The notes beneath the pieces are model-generated. The model made no database searches and was not told the origin of the DNA. It saw only the letters and a program-made list of their open reading frames with translations. The position numbers and the translations under genes are program-made. A stretch of DNA of 61,093 nt from a virus (lineage: Duplodnaviria; Caudoviricetes), in IMG/VR virus record IMGVR_UViG_3300044716_000219, positions 1 to 61,093 of that record; one strand, 5' to 3'. How positions within the stretch are numbered: position 1 is the stretch's first letter; every line of letters begins with the position of its first letter. Positions 41,101-48,000 of the stretch are shown here, piece after piece.

Positions 41101-41162
41101 TAACTCCTGCATTAACCCTAGTCTCTAATCAATTTGACGGAGACGCAGTTGGGGATGTATGA
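38124..41162 (+). CDS. Primase-helicase (RepB/AEP-like primase, Zn finger, DUF927-type helicase)
   Basis: WIDID and SGNGIHAYW; CVGC; GGNTARGKTT; LADE. Confidence 0.85.
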   Translation: MDALEFLRTILPEYGIHYLTLFTKDVNPKTNKPYTYHKFYLSLEEMADAIPHWENDPKFVATYHACASYLKPYIEVEKDGETRKKYRVEENWDRAKSFWIDIDCGQKKHDTGQGYLTQMDGVKAIAAFAKKVGLPRPMIVDSGNGIHAYWPLTKDISHTKWVMVAKWLKSCLAHEGVLADSSRTADFASILRPVGSANRKGDAKDVKVRSTCQPIEPAEFAQALQSFVAENDVKLIKESVKKTYNTDLNSDLTAHLPTYPDVPVDANEMANKCLQAAAMRDSKGDVGYEPWRGVIGLLKYCENGETLAEEWSSDRDATGHDQVDWQNKYNTWEAGPTRCSFFEQHNSPGCVGCEFKGKVNTPLVLGRVIPIVEESTAEIVTDEGVVEEAAIPALPYGYVWDGKLLSRLLPDKEGVLQPLPFCENLFYPTSRIRTEDGTFRYGMRFHLPDKRIRDFDILGESVASSTDLLRALARYELTKSNHKNAGDHMSAYLLDQLQALKRRIAETNTLTTFGWRDQHKAFLLGDKLFTKGAEPIEVLIGGNAKEKANTFTPNNGSIEGYAEALNFLYNREGATHWQYTICAGWGSLLAHHCEDLYKGLILALQGGNTARGKTTVCHAALAAFGNPEKLTLGSKDGFTTNALWATLGVFNNIPVLADEMTSIDPAIFSDVAYGVSNGKEKVRMTSKSGSVVFAKSAEWRLNLYVTGNKDFHGTLAAHQANSQAEAVRLIQVNIDRYPPLVLADRSLYPEGESGDTAWNAASALVAAEHIKRMTQNSGHAGAAMIKYILDNEASVAKAMTDMITRFTQVLPNPKYRFYRAHSACTIVAAQIAKKLGIIDFDVKELYAFTVNLIVELADSVMESNSISSEDAFSSVVSYLAPRIITTTEYRDKRDGRGPESPRTRIMGEVAGRYVLGSANHKEHAGHLILSQKEVRDWCMKHRMDYPALISSLQKEGALVKQGEKFTLTRGTDYPMVQQRCIIVDLLKLDKDAVTPALTLVSNQFDGDAVGDV

Positions 41163-41163
41163 T
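41134..41163 (+). promoter_or_regulatory. Sigma70-like promoter of candidate sRNA
   Basis: TTGACG (41134-39)-18 bp-TATGAT (41158-63). Confidence 0.6.
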
Positions 41164-41169
41164 TGCCAC

Positions 41170-41242
41170 GCTAGTTGCCATGACTAGTTCCTTTTCGTGG
41201 TTGAAAAGACGAACCCCCGGCGTAACAACCGGGGGTTTTTTT
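41170..41242 (+). ncRNA. Candidate multi-target antisense sRNA against early-gene RBS regions
   Basis: Promoter, two hairpins, terminator; reverse complement resembles the leaders at 22848 and 27040. Confidence 0.7.
41212..41242 (+). terminator. Rho-independent terminator at the convergence of the two arms
   Basis: AACCCCCGG-8 nt-CCGGGGGTT with 7-T run. Confidence 0.9.
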
Positions 41243-41378
41243 ACTTCTTACCTTTGGCTAAGCACTTACCAACGGCTGCGCACTTACCGGGCATCTTGCA
41301 GCCAGCGCATGGTTTGAAAGGTGCAGCTTTTTTGCCTGCGGGTTTGGCGGGGGCCATCATCATTTTCTTGCCGTACAT
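41241..41378 (-). CDS. Small basic Cys-rich protein, 45 aa; not in ORF track
   Basis: GGAG SD; MYGKKMMMAPAKPAGKKAAPFKPCAGCKMPGKCAAVGKCLAKGKK. Confidence 0.7.
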   Translation of the reverse strand: MYGKKMMMAPAKPAGKKAAPFKPCAGCKMPGKCAAVGKCLAKGKK

Positions 41379-41397
41379 AATAATCTCCAATCAAGGG

Positions 41398-41631
41398 TTA
41401 ACGAAAGTTCGCGGTTTTTGCAGCAATCTTTTTGGGTTGAGCTACAAACTGTTTGCCTTGCGCTTTACCTGCACGCTTGGCCCGTGTCGTTGCTGCGTAC
41501 TCAGCAGGACTCAATGATTTTATAGCAGCTTCAGGCAAATAGCGCTCACCAGTTTTACTGGATGGCTTGCCTGACTTGGTACGCCACTTCTGGTCTGTCC
41601 AGTCTTTAAGTGATTTCTGAGAGGCTTTCAA
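41398..41631 (-). CDS. Small basic protein (DUF5872-like)
   Basis: SLKDWTDQKWRTKSGK...GERYLP. Confidence 0.7.
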   Translation of the reverse strand: MKASQKSLKDWTDQKWRTKSGKPSSKTGERYLPEAAIKSLSPAEYAATTRAKRAGKAQGKQFVAQPKKIAAKTANFR

Positions 41632-41816
41632 TCTCTATACCCCCCACCGGCTGCCTTGTACTTCTTGGCAACGAGTTGTGCTTTACGGGCAGACCATTGA
41701 CCTGCACCAGTGCCTTGCGTAGCAGCTGCTTTTACCTGAGACACAATCCGCTTGCGCAGTTCAGGTTTGGTGTAGTTGCCAGCCGCATTGACTGTGGATT
41801 TAGACTTGGTAGCCAT
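41628..41816 (-). CDS. Small basic protein (DUF5872-like)
   Basis: YTKPELR...GQWSARKAQ...GGGY. Confidence 0.75.
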   Translation of the reverse strand: MATKSKSTVNAAGNYTKPELRKRIVSQVKAAATQGTGAGQWSARKAQLVAKKYKAAGGGYRD

Positions 41817-41817
41817 G

Positions 41818-42072
41818 TCAGCAGTTCCATGCGCGCAATGATTTATTGATGCGGGAGTTCGGGTCTTTAGCCGTTTTCTCGCTTGTGAGCTTTTTCTTCA
41901 TGCCTTCCATGCGGGCACAGAACGAGTCACGTCGTGGGCCGCCCTCTGGTTGGGGAGCTTTGAGCCCCGGCTTGCCGGGATTTGCTTTGTTGTAAGAGGC
42001 ACGCCCCTTAGCGTTGAGCCCGCCCTTTTCGGACTTGCCCTCTTTACGTTGCCATGCTGGTGTCTTAGCCAT
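41818..42072 (-). CDS. Small basic protein (DUF6321-like)
   Basis: AAGGAG SD; AWQRKEGK..GGLN...SFCARM. Confidence 0.75.
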   Translation of the reverse strand: MAKTPAWQRKEGKSEKGGLNAKGRASYNKANPGKPGLKAPQPEGGPRRDSFCARMEGMKKKLTSEKTAKDPNSRINKSLRAWNC

Positions 42073-42082
42073 ACTAATCTCC

Positions 42083-45000
42083 TTAGTCAATCTGCTCTGC
42101 AATCTTAGTCTCACGCTTGCGCTGCTCTTGTGGTGCGCGCAACAAACTCGACAGTGGCTGAGGTTTTAAGTCATTACGCCTACGGGCTTCTTGCAGATTC
42201 TTCCACGATTCGCGTGCTTTGGCCATACCCTCGCTGTCTTGTTCGCGATATGCCTTGGCAAACTGATTTTTAATTTTAGTCGAACGCTCAGTAAAGTTCT
42301 TTTCCAAATCCAAAGCAGATTGGCGAGCTTGATAAGTCTCAGCAACCTTGGCAGATGGCAGACCCATGGCAGCAAACACTTGGCCTACTTGGGAAACATC
42401 ATCCGCACTTAGGATCACATCGCCGTTACGACGTGTCAAGCCTTCACCAGCAATGCGTCCTGCTTTGAGCATGTCGCTGATACCCTTTGGCATTGTCTGC
42501 TCGAGGCCGCGATATATATCTCCATTTGCCATAAGGCCAAGGCCGTCTACCATACGAGCGGTCATACCACCGGCTGCACCGCCAGCAATAGTACCGATAG
42601 CTTGAGCAACTCCAGCTTGGGTAGTCAAGTCAAGATCAGCAAATGGTGCAATTGAAAGCATGTTGCCAGCACCAATCTTGCCGGACAAATCTACACCGAT
42701 CAGTGTTGGCGTGCCGCGCATCACAAGCTGCGACCACTCTGGGCCAAGCTCTTTACGCATCCACTCAGTTAAATCAAACGGCTCGTCTTCGTCACCCAAG
42801 AAGAATCCTGCAAGCGCTGCAACGGCGGCGTAGCCGGGTAGACCCATCGCGCCAGCGAAGATTCCGGTGTGAGCAAGGGAGAAGCCCAGTGTACGCAATG
42901 CTGCCTTACGCTCTTTGGGATCGCGAATGTCGTTAAGTAATTTGACGTAGAAACCGATCTGTACCAACTGAAACTTGCGGAACTGCAAAGCAATCTTACC
43001 GAAATTGCTGTTGAAGATTCTCGGTGCATTCATCGACGTGTAGTCGCCGTGCGTATCTTGCAGAATGCCGGCAGCGTATTCGATGGCGGCTTGTTTGTTG
43101 CCTTTCGTTCTAGCCAGCTCAAGACGGTAGGCAGCCATGGCGGTAGACAAACGGTTAATCGCTTCAGTCTTTTGGATGGCAAGGCGCATAGCCTTATTGA
43201 CACGCTGTGCCGACTGGCTGAGCTTGCTATCTGCTTCGACCTTATATTCGTTGATCTCGGTTGCCAAACCAATGTCAATACTTCCACGCTTGACCAAAGT
43301 GTCAATCGCTTCACGCACGTCATCAGGCACTTGGGTAAAGTCAAACTGTTGACCGAACAGCTTAGTGTTTTTAAACAACGGGCCAAGTTCAGAGTACGCC
43401 GTCCACAATGCAGTGCCGACTTTGTTGTAGTCGTGACGACCTGCCATAGCAGGTACAGACATCATGAATGGCTGTGTCAAGTTCTGAATGTAATAGCCGG
43501 GGCTCGTTGCCAAGAAATACTTGGATGACAAGTTCGTCAGCTTTTCCACCCATGGGGTGACGTTGTAGTTTAGAGACTCAACGTAGCGTGTGCTTAGTTC
43601 GTCAAACAGTTCTGTCCGGCGAGTCACATCCCCCTTCTTGGACTCTTTGCGCATAGCTTGCAGAGACTCTTGAATCTCAGGACTAAACTCAATCGAAGCC
43701 AAGAAGTTGGCATCAGCGCGACCTTGTGTTGTGAAGGACTGAAGCATATCTACTTCACCGGAAATACCACGGCGACGCATCTCAGACTTACGGGCGCTGT
43801 CTTCTGCCAAAGTCTCAAGGTACAACTGACTAATCAAATTGTAGACCTTAGCGTTAGCAGTACCTTCGTTGGCGTCTACGGTTGCACGCAGTTTTGTCAA
43901 TGCAGGCAATAAAGCCTCACTGTTGAACTTGTCCATGGCTTCGGCGCGTTTGATAATGCCTGTCGACAAGCCGGGGAACTCTTCGCCAATTTTTGCTTCT
44001 AAGTTGCGGGCTTCCCACTTGGAGTCAACAAAGGACACTTGGTAGTGCTCTGGGTCTTTTTCCAGTTCTTTGATTCGCTTAGTATCTTTGGCGTTCACAG
44101 CAGCAACATATTCGTCAGATCGACTGACAACTGCCCAAGGGCCAGTACGCTTAATTGGCGCATAGGGTAAACCCTCGCGAATCTTGAACAGAGTTTTAAA
44201 GCGCTCTAGTGTGTTGGCTTTCTCGGTCTTCAGTTCGGTTTCCGTCTTTGTGTCACCAGCTTGTTTAGCAATTGCGATAAGCGCGTCGTACTCGGAGGTA
44301 GCAGAATTTAGAACAGTCTGCTTTTTCTCTGACAGCATAGTATTACCGTGCTGAAACACCGCTTTGACAAACGCCTGAGCTTTAGGCTTTAAAGCGTTAA
44401 ACATGGCAGCCATTGCAGGATCGGCTTTCAACGAGCCGCTGTCATAACCCCACTTGGCTTGGCGTGTAGATTCAAGCAAGAAATCATTAACAGTACCGGG
44501 GCCTCGGCCTTTGTGTTCGTCTTCGATCGTGGCATACATATCAGCGATCTTCTCGATGCGGCGCTCACGCTCGCTAGCAGCGGCTGTTCTGTTGGCTAAA
44601 GCTTTGGCAAAACGTTCAGCAGGAAGGCCCGCTTTGGTGGCACGAGCAACCAGATCACTGGTGAATACCACGTAGTCCAAACCTCGGCCCATGATGTCAC
44701 CAAGACCACCAACAATGTTAGTAGCCGGCTGTCTTAGCTGCTGGGGTAGCTTGTTAATGTTGCGATTGATTGCACCTTGATTTGGCGCGTTCTTCCCAAA
44801 CTGCATACGTTGACGGTCAGCCGCCGCTTGAGAGCCGACGCGGAAAATATTCTGGTCGTTAAACACAACGATGTTGCGGGTTGGGTTGCCTAACCGAATG
44901 ACTTTTCGTTTAAGGCGTTCGACATCTTGGCGAACTTGTTCTGCTTGAAACTCCGCAGCTGTCCTAGCATCTACCGCATTCAACCACGTCTTGCGAGCGT

Positions 45001-48000
45001 ATTCTTTCTGCTCTGGAGGAGCTTTATCTTGCAAAGACTCCCACTTATCGGCTTCTTTGGTAGCTTTCTCAACCGCAAGTTCTTTTTCCCGCAGAACTTC
45101 TTGCAGTTGCTGTAGTTTGATTTGCGTTTGGAATTGATTGCCGCGACTGTTTTGATCTAAGAACTTAAGAGCTGGAATGCCGAGCTTTTCATCCAAGTAC
45201 TTGGACACGATTTCCTTAAAGCCGGTGTTAGCCAATCGCTTGTTGTAGTCCTCAACGTCAAACTCTTCACTGACAGCACCAGTTCGCACTTCAACAAAAC
45301 CAAGCCCGCGATAAAACTCATCGCCGGTCATGTCAGCGAGATCAGCACCAACTTGGTCTTCAACGTCTTCGCGCAAAATATCTGATATGGACGCTTCAAT
45401 TTTTGCCAAGATGGCTGGTTGTTTAGACAACGGCTCATCCCAGTTAAGAACATCTTCATCAGCAATGGGAATGTCTACACGCATGAGGCTGCCTTTAGGG
45501 GCAACTGTAGTTTCTGGGGTAACAGAAAACTTTGCGGGATCAAGCGACTTTATGGCAGCAAGGTCTTCACTTGAAGTTTCAATGGTGCTTGTAAGGACAT
45601 CGACATAACCCTGCTCTGGGCCAGAGGGCTTTGAGCTTGACCGTTTTTCAGCTAAAGTTCTTTTTGCAGACTCTAAAACAGTCTTCTTCTTTGCAATATA
45701 ACGTTCTAGGTCGGCGCTTGCTTCTTTAATAGCTTCAGCAGCGGTTAGCCCACGCTCGAACATTAACTTGTACACTGGAACAGTTGCAGCGTTTTGTTCA
45801 GGGCTAGCACGTCCTATTGCGACGCCGTCGTAAAGGGCTTTTGCTTTAGTAGTTACTGTTTTGCGTTCCACGTCAGCTGACCAGTAGCCCTTGGCAATTC
45901 CAACACTTTGTGCAAAGTAAGAACCCCAGCCATAAGCCTGAGCGCCTTCGCCAGTGCCCATAAAGTCATGGTTAAATCTACGGAAAGCTGCTGCAGTTCC
46001 GTGCCACGTGCCATTAATTTCCAAACGAGCCGCACCAAACGCCAAGTTAACAACGTCTTGAGCGGTTAAAGATTCTGGTTTGAAACCGAGCTTACGAGCG
46101 GCAATCTTGAACGCAGCCCACAACGTACGGAACCAGTCCATTAGAGGGCCTGACTCTTTGGAAACTGCTGTAGGATCAATGCCAGCATCGATGGCTTCTT
46201 CGAGGAAGTAAGCTAAGAGTTCGTTGTTTTGCTGAGTTTCAGCTGTGCCAGCGCTTTCAAAACGTTTCGTTGCGCGTTGCGCTAATACAGATTCAATAGA
46301 ACCATCTTTCTTCTTAGCCCAGCTTTGTAACTGCTCGATTAATTTGTTGTAGGTTTGTTTTGTAAGTAGATTTTCCAAACCAAGGTGAGCCCCAACCTCG
46401 TGCATGAACTTGGCACGTCCAGAACCCCGATTAATTCGATCTGCGATCAAATACGCACGGCCATCTGTGGCAACGCCGTAGGCATTCTCTTTTTGAATTG
46501 CCTCACCAACCGCTCTAACTTTTGAATCGGGGTCGTTGAGTAGATCGTCTATGGTGTTAACCACCATGAGTTTGCGACCGGGTATGTCGGCACGGATGAA
46601 ATCTTTTAACTCTGCCAGCAGTTGTTTTGCCGTGTATGGTTTCTTGGCTTTGCCGTCTTTACCAAACAGCATGTTCTCTTCTTTGGCAACCACAGTGCGA
46701 TCAGCAGCAGCCTGTGTTGTAGCTGACTTGACAGGCGTAGAAACTGTCTTCGTCACTGGCTGTACACCCTCACGCACGAGGCGGTCATCAGGGACATTTC
46801 CGGTGATAAAGTCATTGACTGTATTCTGTGCATCAGGAACCACGAACAACTTAGAGCCATCCATGTTGTCGCCGTACTTGGTAATCAAGTCACGGTAAGT
46901 TTCTTTGTCAACGTTGATACAGCCAAATGAGTAACGAGAATCGCCAGCGGCTTCGCTTTTTAAAGCAGCAGCACGTTGGGGAGCGTCTTTTTCTTTTAGC
47001 CAGACAGAATGCATAAATGTCACAACTGCGTCCGGGTCTTCCAAAGCAAACACTTTGCCGAAGTCGTAGTCACCTGCAGTTACTGCTGCGCTACCGCCTT
47101 TAGCTGCATCAATTATTTTGATGCCGAACAAACCGGCTGGAGTCACGCGGTTTTGTGGCAGGTCGTTGTTACCGATATACAAGTCACCTTTAGCCAGACC
47201 AAACAAAGACTTCTTTTGCAGAACAAAAGAACCGTCGGCTTTAAAAACAAAGATACGACCGCTTGGTTTATCGGCAATCGTAATAAACTTGTTACCAATT
47301 TTGTCTTTCAAAGCAGGAACTAAACGGGCATAAGCCTGTTTGCCAGCGTCAGACATCATGGCAGCTTCGGCAGGAACCTCGGCCAACACTTGTTGCGTGG
47401 TTACTTTTGTCTCTTGTGGAATCACCATAAATGATTCAATTTGAGAGATTGCTCCGGGGTTAAAAATCATGGCCACCGAAAGCACACCTGCATGCAACGT
47501 TTTAATAATGTCGCGAATAGCACCTGCCACCGCTTCTGCACCCTTGGTAGCGTACAGAACAACATCTTCTTTAACCTTGGCTAAGAACTCAGCGCTATCT
47601 CGTTTAAGGTTGTAGTGTTTTTCAAGCCGGTTAACTTGCGGTGCAGGCAAAGCAGCAACACGCGGGCCAACGGTTTCCTCAATCACGCGAGCTTCAACAT
47701 CAATAGTCACTGGCTCTTTGGTCAGCAACTGCTGCAAGCCCATCTCTTTAGCAACTACGGGTTTACCATTGGTACGAACAGCCAAATCGGTCAGGTATTC
47801 CTGCTCAAGCTTAGTCAACTGCTCGTATGGAACCAAACCGGGTGTCTTATCAGAAAGGCTCTCCCACAGGGCTCTGCCTCTATCTACTTGGCCTTTGGCT
47901 TGGCCTTGGGTTTGACCTTTGCCGGCAGGCTTTTCGGTACGCCGTACTTGGCCGCCCACTCCTTGGCCAGCTTGGGTTTCTGGCTGAACAGGTACGACTG

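Noticed and set aside
41125-41181. Minus-strand 18-codon ORF MATSVAIIHPQLRLRQID with a good SD
   Set aside because: It lies beyond the terminator hairpin and is antisense to the primase gene; better explained as the mirror of the anti-RBS sRNA, though not excluded
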